A stretch of 58,928 nucleotides of DNA from Thermoanaerobaculia bacterium (GCA_038245905.1 JBBRRY010000026.1:1-58928), one strand, 5' to 3'; counted from the stretch's first letter, positions 8,157 to 18,662 are shown. Numbers and translations: made by a program. Notes: generated by a model from the sequence alone, not told the origin.

Positions 8157-9019
8157 GGGACGCGCGCCTCCCGCTTGCGGGCGCGCATGAGAGCGCCGAT
8201 CGCCCCCACGAACTCTCCGTGCGGAAGGAAGCGCGCCCGGGCGCCCCCCACCGAAGTCGCGAATGCGAGGATGTCTTTCAAGACGACGTTCTTGAGGAGC
8301 GTCGAGCCTGCGTAGACCACGTCGAGAGGGCCGGGAGCGGCCTCCTGCTTGGACAGCGCCGCCGCGAGGAGAGCGACGTTCTCGCCCACGAGCCCCGTGA
8401 TGGCGTGCGCGATATCGCGCGAGTCGCGGGAGGAAACGCGTCCGAGGTTGGACGCCGTGAGATTGCCTTGCAGCGAGATCTCGCCCGACTGGTAGAGGTC
8501 CCTCACGAGGAGGTCGATGCGCCGCCGGTCGCCCTGTCCGGCGAGCGCCGTAAGCGCATCGTGGTCGATCTGGCCGAGGAGGAGCTGGCTGAAGCCGCGC
8601 AGAGTGCCGCCGCCGAGGCCCGTGCCTCCCGCGCGCGCGACGCGGCCTTCCTGACCGACGCGCAGGATCGACGTGCCCGTGCCGAGGCTGACGAGCAGGT
8701 GGGGAGTCGTCGGGACGAAGTCCGCCCGCGCGAGCAGCACGCGCTCGCCCTCTCCCCAGGCTTCGAATTCGTCCGTGATCGCGATCGGCCCATGGTCCTT
8801 GAGCACGTTCGCGAGGCGGCCTGCGCCCGCGCCGGTGGCCGCGAGCGAGGCGGCCGGGTGGCTGGCCAGGAATGCGGCCAGAAGCGACAGGTCGGCACTC
8901 GGCCCCATGTAGGTCTGGAGCTTGTCCGGGGAATCGGCGCTTCCGCCTTTCGGGACGACCACGGCCTTGGCGAGAGTCGCGCCGACGTCGAGTCCGGCTT
9001 CCTCGCGAAACTCGGGCAT
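8153..9019 (-). CDS. coaW: Type II pantothenate kinase (CoaW/Fumble family)
   Basis: GLDVGATLAK, ATGAGA, LLVSLGTGTSI, GGTGLGGGT, GDRRRIDLLVRDLY, LTASNLG and GEFVGAIGA motifs. ATG at 9019 overlaps the upstream TGA. Confidence 0.85.
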   Translation of the reverse strand: MPEFREEAGLDVGATLAKAVVVPKGGSADSPDKLQTYMGPSADLSLLAAFLASHPAASLAATGAGAGRLANVLKDHGPIAITDEFEAWGEGERVLLARADFVPTTPHLLVSLGTGTSILRVGQEGRVARAGGTGLGGGTLRGFSQLLLGQIDHDALTALAGQGDRRRIDLLVRDLYQSGEISLQGNLTASNLGRVSSRDSRDIAHAITGLVGENVALLAAALSKQEAAPGPLDVVYAGSTLLKNVVLKDILAFATSVGGARARFLPHGEFVGAIGALMRARKREARVP

Positions 9020-9861
9020 CACGATTTCCGCGGCGTCGCGGCCGGCACGTTCAGGGTCGAGAGGACGCGCCCCGCGATCTCGCCGTATCCGTTCGCTCCT
9101 GGGTGGAACCGGTCTGAAGAGAGCCGGTCCGGCCGCTCGTCGAACACGTCGGACGTCGGGACGACGAGGGCGTTCGGGACGCCGAAGCTCGCCTCCTCCA
9201 GCGCGACGTTCCACTTCAGGAGCGTGCGCCGTGCCATCGTCCTGTCGAAGGTCGGGGGGAACGGGTTGTAAAGGCCGAGAATCCGGATGGGGGCAGAAGG
9301 ATTTTGCTTTCGGAGAAGAGCAAGAATCCTCTGAAGGTTGAGAGAGGATCCGGTGAGGGCCGCGGCCGTCGGATCTGCGGCCGTCTCGCCCGATCCCATG
9401 GCCGCCGGGATCGAGTGACTCAGGTCGTTGCCGCCGATCGACATGAGGATGAGCTGCGCCCCCGCAAGGCGGCGCTGAACGTCCGGGTCGGACACCTTTC
9501 TAAGCAACTCTCCCGTCTCCGCCCCGTCTACGCCGAGGTTCTCCACGGTGACGGTTCGCCCGTCTTTCCTGAGCGTAGCCGCGACGCGTTCCGGGTATCC
9601 GCCGCCGCCCGCCGTATCGCCCGCGCCGCGCGTCAAGGAATCACCGAGCGCGACGATGCGAAAGGCACCGCCTTCGGCCGTCGTGGCGGCGGCGGGCGAA
9701 AGCGCCGGGACGGGCGGCGCGGAAGGGGCCGAAGGATCCACCGGCTCGCCGAGCCGTCCCTGCAGCGCGGCGGCAAAGCCGGTGGCCAGGACGCCGGCGG
9801 TTGCGACACCGAGCGTGACGGGGACAAACCAGAGCAGGAGGCGGCGGGTGGCGCGTGTCAC
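9019..9861 (-). CDS. GDSL/SGNH hydrolase with N-terminal membrane anchor
   Basis: ALGDSLTRG, SIGGNDL, GLYNPF and DRFHPG motifs. Start at GTG 9861 is inferred. Confidence 0.88.
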   Translation of the reverse strand: MTRATRRLLLWFVPVTLGVATAGVLATGFAAALQGRLGEPVDPSAPSAPPVPALSPAAATTAEGGAFRIVALGDSLTRGAGDTAGGGGYPERVAATLRKDGRTVTVENLGVDGAETGELLRKVSDPDVQRRLAGAQLILMSIGGNDLSHSIPAAMGSGETAADPTAAALTGSSLNLQRILALLRKQNPSAPIRILGLYNPFPPTFDRTMARRTLLKWNVALEEASFGVPNALVVPTSDVFDERPDRLSSDRFHPGANGYGEIAGRVLSTLNVPAATPRKS

Positions 9862-9912
9862 GGAGCGGTATTCTGCCGGAAACGCGGTCGGCCGAGGGGC
9901 TAAGATCCTTTT

Positions 9913-10536
9913 GTGACTCCAGAACGGAGTGTGGATTCGGTTCTGCGTGAATCGGAGGCGTTTTTCGGAGGCCGTGGGGCCGTGCATCGGACGCTCCGGT
10001 CACTCGTCGAGAGGCTGGACGCCGAAGGAATCCCGTACGCGATCCTCGGCGGCATGGCTCTGAACATCCACGGCTTCGTCCGGGAGACCGTCGATGTCGA
10101 CGTCCTCATGACGGGGGAGTCGCTGGATCGCTTCCGCGAACGCCTGGTCGGACGAGGGTACGTTCTCGCGTTCCCCGGGGCGAAGAAGAGCTTCGAAGAC
10201 GTCGAGACCCGAGTGCGGATCGACGTCCTCGCTTCGGGGGAGTTCCCAGGCGACGGCAGGCCAAAGGAGATTTCCTTTCCGGACCCCGCTCTCATTGGCG
10301 TCGAACGGGGAGGGATCCGCGTCGTCCCGTTGGAGTTGCTGCTGGATCTCAAGCTGGCGTCCGGGCTCTCCGCCGAGCACCGCCGGCTCATCGACCTTGG
10401 CGACGTCCAGCGGACGATCGAGGCGCTTCGGCTGCCGCGCGATCTGGGCGAGCGACTCCACCCCAGCGTGAGGGCCGAGTACACCCGCCTGTGGGCGCTC
10501 GCCCAGCGAGCGGGCGAAGGTCCCGTCGAACGGTGA
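9913..10536 (+). CDS. Putative nucleotidyltransferase-fold protein
   Basis: YAILGGMAL..HG..R.T.DVDV motif, later LLLDLKL and DLGDV. Confidence 0.7.
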   Translation: MTPERSVDSVLRESEAFFGGRGAVHRTLRSLVERLDAEGIPYAILGGMALNIHGFVRETVDVDVLMTGESLDRFRERLVGRGYVLAFPGAKKSFEDVETRVRIDVLASGEFPGDGRPKEISFPDPALIGVERGGIRVVPLELLLDLKLASGLSAEHRRLIDLGDVQRTIEALRLPRDLGERLHPSVRAEYTRLWALAQRAGEGPVER

Positions 10537-11267
10537 GCGCTTCCGAGGTCGTCCTTTCCGCCGAGGGGCTCGCGAAGAGCTATGGCGACCGGGAGGTCGT
10601 CTCGGACGTGTCGTTCGCCCTCCACCGCGGCGAAGTGTTCGGATTTCTGGGGCCGAACGGCGCGGGCAAGACCACGACCATCCGGATGCTCGTCGGTCTC
10701 GTCCGGCCAACACGGGGCCGTGTCCTCATCGACGGGCACGAGCTCGCGACGGAGTTCGAGGCCGCGATGCGCAAGGTCGGCTGCATCGTCGAGACACCCG
10801 ACCTCTACAAGTTCCTCACGGGGCGCGAAAATCTCGAGCACTTCGCGCGGATGATCGGGGACGGCGCGGAGGGCCGGATCGACGAGCTTGCGCGCCTCGT
10901 CCACATGGACGAACGCCTCGACGGCCTCGTTCGAACCTTCTCCCTCGGAATGCGCCAGCGCATCGGCATCGCGCAGGCGCTGCTCTCCGATCCCGCCGTC
11001 CTGATCCTCGACGAACCCACGAACGGCCTCGATCCCGCGGGCATCCGCGAGATGCGCGAGCTCGTGCGGCGGCTCGCGGGCGAGCGCGGCCTCGCCGTCT
11101 TCGTCTCGAGCCACCTCCTCTCCGAGATCGAGAAGATGGTCGACCGGATCGCGATCGTCCACCGCGGACGCACGCTGGCGGCCGGGACGCTTCTAGAAGT
11201 GACGGACAACGGGGCGAAGTCGCTGGAAGACCTGTTCCTCGAAATGACGCGCGGGGAGACGGTGTGA
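10533..11267 (+). CDS. ABC transporter ATP-binding protein
   Basis: GPNGAGKTT, FSLGMRQR and LILDEPTNGLDP motifs. GTGA overlap. Confidence 0.95.
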   Translation: MSASEVVLSAEGLAKSYGDREVVSDVSFALHRGEVFGFLGPNGAGKTTTIRMLVGLVRPTRGRVLIDGHELATEFEAAMRKVGCIVETPDLYKFLTGRENLEHFARMIGDGAEGRIDELARLVHMDERLDGLVRTFSLGMRQRIGIAQALLSDPAVLILDEPTNGLDPAGIREMRELVRRLAGERGLAVFVSSHLLSEIEKMVDRIAIVHRGRTLAAGTLLEVTDNGAKSLEDLFLEMTRGETV

Positions 11268-11286
11268 GGACGGGTCGGAGATCGCA

Positions 11287-12294
11287 ATGGCTGTGATGCT
11301 GGGGCTCGTCGAAAACGAGTGTTTGAAGATTCTTAGACGGAAGAGATTCCGCGTCGTCCTGATCGTGCTGGCCGCGCTGTTGTGCCTCGTCGTCTTTGCC
11401 CAGAACCGGCAGCAGCAGAACCAGCGAAAGGACCACCCGGAGCGCGACTGGCGTGCACAGGTCGAGAAGCGCGCGAGCGACCTCGAGCGGCAGATGAACC
11501 AGAGGCGGGGAATTCCGCAGCAGTGGAAACGCTGGATGCAGTACGAAGCGGGCCGCCTTCGCTTTCACCTTTCTAAGAATCTTGATCCGAGTCTCCTGAC
11601 CGGCCCAATGTTCACGCGGGCGTTCGCCGGCGTCGGTAGCGTGCTTCTGATCCCGCTCCTCGTGGCCGTGTTTGGAGCGGACCTCGTGTCGTCGGAATTC
11701 GCTGAGGGGACGATCACGCTGCTCCTGACGCGTCCCGTCGCGCGATGGAAGATTCTCGCGTCGAAGGCCATTGCGATGGTCCTCTTCACCACCCTCACGC
11801 TCCTCGCGGCGTTCTTCCTCGCGTGGGGGATCTCGGGCGTCGCGTTTGGCTGGTCCGGGTGGGAAGCGCCGATCCTGACGGGCTTTCGCCTCGGCGGTGC
11901 GTCCCCGTCCGCCGGCTTCGACCTTTCCGGTGTGCGCAGCGTGCCCCTCTGGCAGGACACCTTCGCGGCCTGGGGGCTCGCGTGGTTCTCGGCGCTGACG
12001 GTAGGCTCGATCACGCTGCTCCTCTCGGTCGTCTTCCGGTCAGCGGCCGCCGCGATGGGGACGATGATGGCGACGCTCGTGGGCGGCACGATCCTGTCGC
12101 GCGTCGCCTCCGACTGGGACGGCGCGAAGTGGTTCTTCGTGACGAACTTGCCGCTGCCGGACTACTACGCCGGCCTGCCGACGCCCTTCGAGGGAATGAC
12201 GTTGACCTTCTCGGCGTTGGTGCTTCTGGCGTGGGCGCTCGCCGCGTTGACGGCCGCGTTCCTCCTCTTCACCCGGCGCGACGTCACGGCGTAG
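11287..12294 (+). CDS. ABC-2 type transporter permease
   Basis: ADLVSSEFAEGTITLLLTRPVARWKILASK motif, multiple TM segments, C-terminal FTRRDV. Confidence 0.92.
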   Translation: MAVMLGLVENECLKILRRKRFRVVLIVLAALLCLVVFAQNRQQQNQRKDHPERDWRAQVEKRASDLERQMNQRRGIPQQWKRWMQYEAGRLRFHLSKNLDPSLLTGPMFTRAFAGVGSVLLIPLLVAVFGADLVSSEFAEGTITLLLTRPVARWKILASKAIAMVLFTTLTLLAAFFLAWGISGVAFGWSGWEAPILTGFRLGGASPSAGFDLSGVRSVPLWQDTFAAWGLAWFSALTVGSITLLLSVVFRSAAAAMGTMMATLVGGTILSRVASDWDGAKWFFVTNLPLPDYYAGLPTPFEGMTLTFSALVLLAWALAALTAAFLLFTRRDVTA

Positions 12295-12316
12295 CCCGGC
12301 CTAGAATGAGAGCTTG

Positions 12317-15300
12317 ATGACTGACCCGTCTGCATCGTCCGTCGTGAACGCCCTGCTCGAGGAATTCGGGGATAACGCCTCCTACGCGCTCGAGCTGTAC
12401 GCGCGCTATCGACTGGAGCCCGGCTCGGTGGAGGAGAACTGGAAACGCACGTTCCAGGAGATGGAAGAGCGCGTCCCATTCGCCATGGAAGGGATCCATG
12501 TCCCTCGCTCTGCGCCAGCGGCGCTTCCCCCGGTTCCCGCGCCCGCGCGCCCGACGGTTCCTGCCGCGCGCCCCGGCGAGACCGCCGTCGCGATCGCGGG
12601 CGGCGCGGCGACGATCGCCCGGAACATGGAGGCGTCGCTCGGCGTCCCGACCGCCACCACGAACCGCGTCATTCCCGTCAAGACGATGGAGGAGAACCGG
12701 CGCATCCTCAACAGGCATCGCGAGGCGCTGGGCCTGTCGAAAGTCTCCTTCACGCACTTCGTCGCGTGGTCCATCGTGCGCGCGCTCGAGAAGCACCCGA
12801 CGATGAACGACGCGTTCGGCGAGGTAGACGGCAAGCCCGCCCGCATTCGAAAACCCGTCGTCAACCTCGGGATCGCGATCGACATCACGAAGAAGGACGG
12901 CACGCGCAGTCTGCTCGTCCCGAACATCAAGGGCGCCGAGGCCCTGGCCTTCGGCGCGTTTCTCGCCGCCTTCGACACCCTCGTCGCGAAGGCGCGAAAG
13001 GGCGCGATCGACCTCGACGCGTTCGCCGGCACGTCCATCTCGCTCACGAATCCCGGCACGATCGGCACGACAGCGTCGCTGCCGCGCCTGATGCCGGGGC
13101 AGGGCGCCATCATTGCCACGGGTGTGATGGGCTACCCGGCCGAGTTCCAGGCGATGCCCGACGAGGCCCTCGCGACGCTCGGGATCTCGCGCGTGATGAA
13201 CGTGTCTTCGACTTACGACCATCGCATCATCCAGGGTGCCGAGTCGGGCCAGTTCATCGCGACGCTGCAGGACCTCCTCCTCGGAGGCCAGGGCTTCTAC
13301 GAGCGCATCTTCTCGGACGTGAAGGTCCCGTACCGGCCGATGCGCTGGGAGAAGGACTCGTCGACGCCTCTCTCGGCCGGCGGCCGCGGCCTAGAGGCCG
13401 TGGAGAAGCAGGCGCGCGTCCTGCAGCTGATCAACGCGTACCGCGTGCGCGGTCATCTCGTGGCCGACCTGAACCCGCTCGGGAGCGACGACGTTCCCTA
13501 CCACCCCGACCTCGACCCCGCCACGTATGGCTTCACGCTCTGGGACCTCGACCGCCCGTTCATCACGAACGGCCTCGCCGGCAAGGGCCGCGCCACGCTG
13601 CGCGAGATCCTCGAAGTCCTGCGCCAGACCTACTGCGGAAAGATCGGCGCCGAGTTCATGTACAACCAGTATCCCGCGCAGAAGCAGTGGCTGATCGACC
13701 GCATGGAGTCGACGCGCAACCGCCCGATCCTCGACGCGGACGACCGGCGGCGCATCCTGAAGAAGCTCATCGAGGCCGAGAGCTTCGAGAAGTTTCTCCA
13801 CAAGAAGTACATCGGCCAGAAGAGGTTCTCCCTGGAGGGCGCCGAGTCCACGATCCCGCTTCTCGACCGCCTTCTCGACCGCGCGGCCGAGGACGGGCTC
13901 GGCGAGGCCGTGATCGGCATGTCGCACCGCGGGCGGCTCACCGTCCTCGCGAACACCGTCGGGAAGCCCGTGGGAAAAATCTTCTCGGAGTTCGAAGGCA
14001 CTGCGGACCCGGAGTCGATCCAGGGCTCGGGCGACGTGAAGTACCACCTCGGAGCGACGGGCGTTCACGTGGCTCCCGGCGGCGCGAAGCTGAATGTCTC
14101 GCTCGCCCCGAACCCGAGCCATCTCGAGGCCGTGGATCCGGTCGTGGAGGGCATGGTGCGCGCGAAGCAGACACGCCTCGGCGAGGACCGCCTGCACAAC
14201 AAGGTGATGCCCGTCCTCCTGCACGGCGACGCGGCCTTCGCGGGCCAGGGCATCGTGGCCGAGACGATCAACATGTCGCAGCTCCACGGTTACCGGACGG
14301 GCGGCACCGTGCACGTCATCGTGAACAACCAGATCGGCTTTACGACGAATCCCGCCGACGCCCACTCGTCGCCGTATTGCACGGACGTGGCGAAGATGGT
14401 GCAGTCCCCGGTGTTTCACGCGAACGGCGACGACCCCGAGGCCGTCCTCCACGTCGTGGACGTCGCAATCGAATACCGCAACACGTTCCGGCGCGACGTC
14501 GTGATCGACCTCGTCTGCTATCGCCGCTACGGCCACAACGAGGGGGACGAGCCCAGCTACACGCAGCCCCTCATGTACCAGAAGATCAAGAACCAGACCT
14601 CCGTCGCGCACCTCTATTCGGAGGCCCTCGTCAAGCAGGGCCACATGGCCGCCGTCGACGTGGATGCGCTCTGGGCGTCGGCGAAGTCGGTGCTGGAACG
14701 CGCGTACGACGAGTCCCGGATCGGCGCGAAGGTGTTTGCCGCCGACTCCCTCACGGCCGCGCCCGCGCCGCGCCTCCACCCGGAGGGGGACGCGCGCACG
14801 CGCCTGGCCCGGATCGTCCGCGCGGTTTCGACCGTGCCGGAGGGGTTCGAAGTCCACCCGAAGCTGAAGTCCGTCATGAAGAAGCGCGCCGACTACGCGA
14901 GCGGCAAACCTGACATCGACTGGGCCGGCGGCGAGATGCTGGCCTTCGGGATGCTGCTTCTGGGCGGCACGCCCGTCCGCCTCTCCGGTCAGGACTCGGG
15001 CCGCGGCACGTTCAGCCAGCGCCATTCCGTTCTCGCGGACGTGGTCAGCGGTGCGGAGCTGGTTCCGCTGAACACGATCGCCCCCGAGCAGGCACGCTTC
15101 GAGGTCATCGACAGCCTGCTCTCGGAGGCGGCGGTGATGGGATTCGAGTTCGGATACTCCGTGGCGGATCCCTCGACGCTCGTCCTCTGGGAGGCACAGT
15201 TCGGCGACTTCGCCAATGGAGCGCAGGTCATCATCGACCAGTTCGTCTCAGGCTCCGAGCAGAAGTGGAACCAGCGCTGCGGCCTCGTTCTGCTGCTGCC

Positions 15301-15985
15301 GCACGGGCAGGAAGGACAGGGGCCCGAGCACTCGTCCGCCCGCCTCGAGAGGTTCCTCACGCTCTGCGCCGAGGACAATCTCCGGGTCGCGAACGTCTCG
15401 ACGCCCGCGCAGTACTACCACCTGCTGCTTCGGCAGATGTCGAGCGACGAGCGCAAGCCGCTGATCGCGATGACCCCGAAGAGCCTGCTGCGCCACCCGA
15501 AGGCCGTGTCGACGCTGGGCGAACTCGCGGACGGCACGTTCCATCCCGTCCTCGACGACGCCGAGTACCTTTCCGGCGGCGCGTCCGGTGTTCGCCGCGT
15601 CGTCATCGCGAGCGGCAAGCTGCTGTACGAGCTGATGGCCGCGCGGGACAAGGCGGGGGCGCGCGACGTCGCCGTCGTTCGCCTCGAGCAGTTCTACCCG
15701 TTCCCCGGGCGGGAGCTCGGGCAGTTCCTGGGACGGTACCCCGAGGACGCGGAGCTCGTGTGGTCGCAGGAAGAGCCACGCAACATGGGCGGCTGGCGAT
15801 TCGTGCGCGAGCAGTTCCTCGACGGCTGCGTGGAAGGCGTCGGCTCCGCGCGCCCGCTCCGCTACATCGGCCGCCGCGAGCTCGCGAGCCCGGCCCCCGG
15901 CTCCCACCACGCGTTCCAGATCGAGCAGGACGCGCTCGTGGCGGAAGCGGTGCGCGTGGGCGTGAGGGAACGGGCGACGGCGTGA
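12317..15985 (+). CDS. kgd: Multifunctional 2-oxoglutarate decarboxylase/dehydrogenase E1 with fused succinyltransferase-like domain
   Basis: N-terminal FGDNASY, acyltransferase motif TYDHRIIQGAESG, E1 motifs GQKRFSLEG, HGDAAFAGQG, WEAQFGDFANGAQ and GPEHSSARLERF. Confidence 0.93.
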   Translation: MTDPSASSVVNALLEEFGDNASYALELYARYRLEPGSVEENWKRTFQEMEERVPFAMEGIHVPRSAPAALPPVPAPARPTVPAARPGETAVAIAGGAATIARNMEASLGVPTATTNRVIPVKTMEENRRILNRHREALGLSKVSFTHFVAWSIVRALEKHPTMNDAFGEVDGKPARIRKPVVNLGIAIDITKKDGTRSLLVPNIKGAEALAFGAFLAAFDTLVAKARKGAIDLDAFAGTSISLTNPGTIGTTASLPRLMPGQGAIIATGVMGYPAEFQAMPDEALATLGISRVMNVSSTYDHRIIQGAESGQFIATLQDLLLGGQGFYERIFSDVKVPYRPMRWEKDSSTPLSAGGRGLEAVEKQARVLQLINAYRVRGHLVADLNPLGSDDVPYHPDLDPATYGFTLWDLDRPFITNGLAGKGRATLREILEVLRQTYCGKIGAEFMYNQYPAQKQWLIDRMESTRNRPILDADDRRRILKKLIEAESFEKFLHKKYIGQKRFSLEGAESTIPLLDRLLDRAAEDGLGEAVIGMSHRGRLTVLANTVGKPVGKIFSEFEGTADPESIQGSGDVKYHLGATGVHVAPGGAKLNVSLAPNPSHLEAVDPVVEGMVRAKQTRLGEDRLHNKVMPVLLHGDAAFAGQGIVAETINMSQLHGYRTGGTVHVIVNNQIGFTTNPADAHSSPYCTDVAKMVQSPVFHANGDDPEAVLHVVDVAIEYRNTFRRDVVIDLVCYRRYGHNEGDEPSYTQPLMYQKIKNQTSVAHLYSEALVKQGHMAAVDVDALWASAKSVLERAYDESRIGAKVFAADSLTAAPAPRLHPEGDARTRLARIVRAVSTVPEGFEVHPKLKSVMKKRADYASGKPDIDWAGGEMLAFGMLLLGGTPVRLSGQDSGRGTFSQRHSVLADVVSGAELVPLNTIAPEQARFEVIDSLLSEAAVMGFEFGYSVADPSTLVLWEAQFGDFANGAQVIIDQFVSGSEQKWNQRCGLVLLLPHGQEGQGPEHSSARLERFLTLCAEDNLRVANVSTPAQYYHLLLRQMSSDERKPLIAMTPKSLLRHPKAVSTLGELADGTFHPVLDDAEYLSGGASGVRRVVIASGKLLYELMAARDKAGARDVAVVRLEQFYPFPGRELGQFLGRYPEDAELVWSQEEPRNMGGWRFVREQFLDGCVEGVGSARPLRYIGRRELASPAPGSHHAFQIEQDALVAEAVRVGVRERATA

Positions 15986-15992
15986 GCATCCG

Positions 15993-18365
15993 ATGACGCT
16001 CGCGCCCGGTACGCGGCTTGGCCCCTATGAAGTGATCGCGCCGCTCGGCGCGGGTGGGATGGGTGAGGTTTACCGTGCGAAGGACGTGAAGCTGAGGCGC
16101 GAGGTCGCGATCAAGGTTCTGCCGGAAAAACTCTTCGAAGACAAGGAAAGAGTCGGACGTTTCGAGCGTGAAGCGAACCTGCTCGCCGCGCTGAACCACC
16201 CGAACATCGCGACGATTCATGCCTTTGAGGAATTTTCCGGACGCCATCTCCTCGTAATGGAGCTCGTCGAAGGCGCGACGCTGCGCGACAGGCTCGAGGC
16301 CGGAGCGATCTCCCAGAAGCATGCCGTCGACTACGCAATTCAGATTGCGAGGGGCCTCTCCGCCGCCCACGAGAAGGGGATCATTCACCGCGACCTCAAG
16401 CCGGAGAACGTCTTCGTCACGAAGGACGGCCACGTCAAGATCCTCGACTTCGGCCTCGCGAAGAGAACGGAGCGGTCCGGCCCCGACGAGACGGGTGCGC
16501 TCACAGAGTCCCAGCACACCGAGCCGGGCGTCGTGATGGGAACGATTCGCTACATGTCGCCGGAACAGGTGCAGGGCCGTCCGCTGGACCATCGGTCGGA
16601 CATCTTCTCGTTCGGATCGATCCTCTACGAGCTGCTGTCGGGAAAGAAGGCGTTCGACGCGGACTCGGCCGCCGGGACCATGTCCGCGATCCTCCGTGAC
16701 GAGCCGCCGGAGCTGTCGGAATCGGGAAGGAACATTCCCGCGGCGCTCGACCACATCGTCAAGCACTGCCTGGAAAAGAGCCGCGACGACCGGTTCCAGT
16801 CGGCGAAGGACATCGCGTTCGCTCTCTGGGAAGCGTCTGGGCCGGTCGTTTCGAGCGGCCCAAAGTTCGTCGCCGCGGCTCGCGCGTCAAGGCGAATCCC
16901 TCTCATCCCGATCACGGCCGGCGTCGTGCTCCTCCTCGCGGCCGGAGCCGTCCTCTTCTCGCGCCGTTCTCGGGCCCCGAGCCCGTCCGCGGTGGCCGGC
17001 CCCTCCATCGCCGTTATGGCCTTCACGAACCTGAGCTCCGACAAGGATCAGGAGTATTTCTCCGACGGCCTCTCGGAGGAGCTGATGGGCCTCCTCACGA
17101 AGGCGAAGGAGCTGCGCGTGGCGGGCCGCACGTCCTCCTTCGTGTTCAAGGGAAGGAGCGAGGACCTGCGCACGATTGGGAAGAAACTGAACGTCGCGAC
17201 GGTGCTGGAGGGAAGCGTGCGCCGGTCGGGTGACGAGCTGCGCGTCTCGACGCGCCTCGTCAACGTGGCCGATGGTTTCCAGCTCTGGGCCGAGACGTAC
17301 GACCGGAAGATGACGGATGTCTTCGCGGTGCAGGACGAGATCGCCCAGGCGGTGGTGGCGGCGCTGAAGATCCAGCTCCTGCCGCAGGAGCGCTCGCTCG
17401 CTTCACGGCACAAGACGTCGAACCCCGAGGCGTATGACCAGTACCTCCTCGGCCTGCAGTTCCTCAATCGGGCGAACCCCGACGGCTTCCACCGGGCGGT
17501 GGAGGCTTACCAGAAAGCGATTGCGCTCGATCCGGGCTACGCCGCGGCGTATGCGGGGTTCGCGGTCGCGGAGGACTATGCGGCCGAGTTCGAGGACACC
17601 GCGGCGGCGGTTTCGGAAGGGAAGGCAAGGTCGCGATCGGCGGCGGACAAGGCGGTCTCACTCGATCCGGACCTCGCGGAAGGCTACTCGGCGCGCGGCT
17701 TCGTGCGCACCCATGCGTGGGACTGGACCGGGGCGCTGGCGGATCTGGAGAAGGCGCTCGCGCTCAATCCCGGCGATGCGAAGACACACGCGCATTACGG
17801 GGAGCTTCTCGCCGCTCTGGGACGGCTGCCGGAGGCGATCGCGGCGGCGAGGAAGGCGACCGAGCTCGATCGCTTGTCAGGCGAGGCGTGGTGCACCCTC
17901 GGCGTGCTCCTCTACCAGAACGGACAAATGCCGGAGGCCCGAAAGGCTCTCACGCGTGCGGTCGAGATCTACCCGGAGCACGGCTTCAGTCACCTCATGC
18001 TCGGCCTCACCGCGCTTCTGGAGCGAAACCCGAAGGCCGCGCTCCCCGAGTTCGAGCGCGCCGGCGACATCTACCCCGCGATGGGCCTTGCGCTGGCCGG
18101 AGACGATCTCGGCCGGAAGAAAGAGGCGCAGCGCGCGCTGGATGATCTGATCGAGAAGGAAGCGCACAGCGCGGCTTACCAGATCGCCGAGATTCATGCG
18201 TGGCGCGGGGAGCGGGACAAGGCCTTCGAATGGCTCGAGCGCGCCTACGCGCAGCGAGACGTGGGCCTGAATTCCATCAAGACCGATCCGCTTCTCGCAA
18301 GGCTGCGCGACGACCCGCGCTACGAGGCGATGCTGAAGAAACTGAATCTGCCCTTGGGAAAGTGA
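15993..18365 (+). CDS. Hanks-type Ser/Thr kinase with TM segment, TolB-like domain and TPRs
   Basis: LGAGGMGEVY, HRDLKPEN, DFGLAK, SIAVMAFTNLS..DQEYFSDGLSEE and TPR helices. Confidence 0.93.
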   Translation: MTLAPGTRLGPYEVIAPLGAGGMGEVYRAKDVKLRREVAIKVLPEKLFEDKERVGRFEREANLLAALNHPNIATIHAFEEFSGRHLLVMELVEGATLRDRLEAGAISQKHAVDYAIQIARGLSAAHEKGIIHRDLKPENVFVTKDGHVKILDFGLAKRTERSGPDETGALTESQHTEPGVVMGTIRYMSPEQVQGRPLDHRSDIFSFGSILYELLSGKKAFDADSAAGTMSAILRDEPPELSESGRNIPAALDHIVKHCLEKSRDDRFQSAKDIAFALWEASGPVVSSGPKFVAAARASRRIPLIPITAGVVLLLAAGAVLFSRRSRAPSPSAVAGPSIAVMAFTNLSSDKDQEYFSDGLSEELMGLLTKAKELRVAGRTSSFVFKGRSEDLRTIGKKLNVATVLEGSVRRSGDELRVSTRLVNVADGFQLWAETYDRKMTDVFAVQDEIAQAVVAALKIQLLPQERSLASRHKTSNPEAYDQYLLGLQFLNRANPDGFHRAVEAYQKAIALDPGYAAAYAGFAVAEDYAAEFEDTAAAVSEGKARSRSAADKAVSLDPDLAEGYSARGFVRTHAWDWTGALADLEKALALNPGDAKTHAHYGELLAALGRLPEAIAAARKATELDRLSGEAWCTLGVLLYQNGQMPEARKALTRAVEIYPEHGFSHLMLGLTALLERNPKAALPEFERAGDIYPAMGLALAGDDLGRKKEAQRALDDLIEKEAHSAAYQIAEIHAWRGERDKAFEWLERAYAQRDVGLNSIKTDPLLARLRDDPRYEAMLKKLNLPLGK

Positions 18366-18420
18366 GGGTCGGAGCCAGGCCCCTTTGCGTGCGCCGGCGA
18401 ACCCGATATCGTGAGGCGCC

Positions 18421-18657
18421 ATGAGTGACACGGAACGCGAATACCTGCTCGATCTGGGGCTGATCCTCCGCGAGAGCGCCGGGCAGGCCCGCCAGCGCGC
18501 CACCGCCGCGCGGGGGACGCCGGAAGAGGCTTACGAGGCGGGACGCGCGATGGCCTACCACGAGATCGCGAACCTGCTTCTCCAGAGGGCGGCGGCCTCC
18601 GGGCTGCCGCCGGAGGCTCCGCGACTCGAGGGATTCGACCCGGATCACGAAAACTGA
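18421..18657 (+). CDS. Hypothetical protein (78 aa)
   Basis: GAGG RBS, host-like codon usage, fills the gap and ends just before the next gene. Confidence 0.55.
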   Translation: MSDTEREYLLDLGLILRESAGQARQRATAARGTPEEAYEAGRAMAYHEIANLLLQRAAASGLPPEAPRLEGFDPDHEN

Positions 18658-18662
18658 CGCCC

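Noticed and set aside
12766-15025. 715-aa alternate-frame and 544-aa antisense ORFs within kgd
   Set aside because: Arg/Pro/Gly-rich frame artefacts of high GC3.
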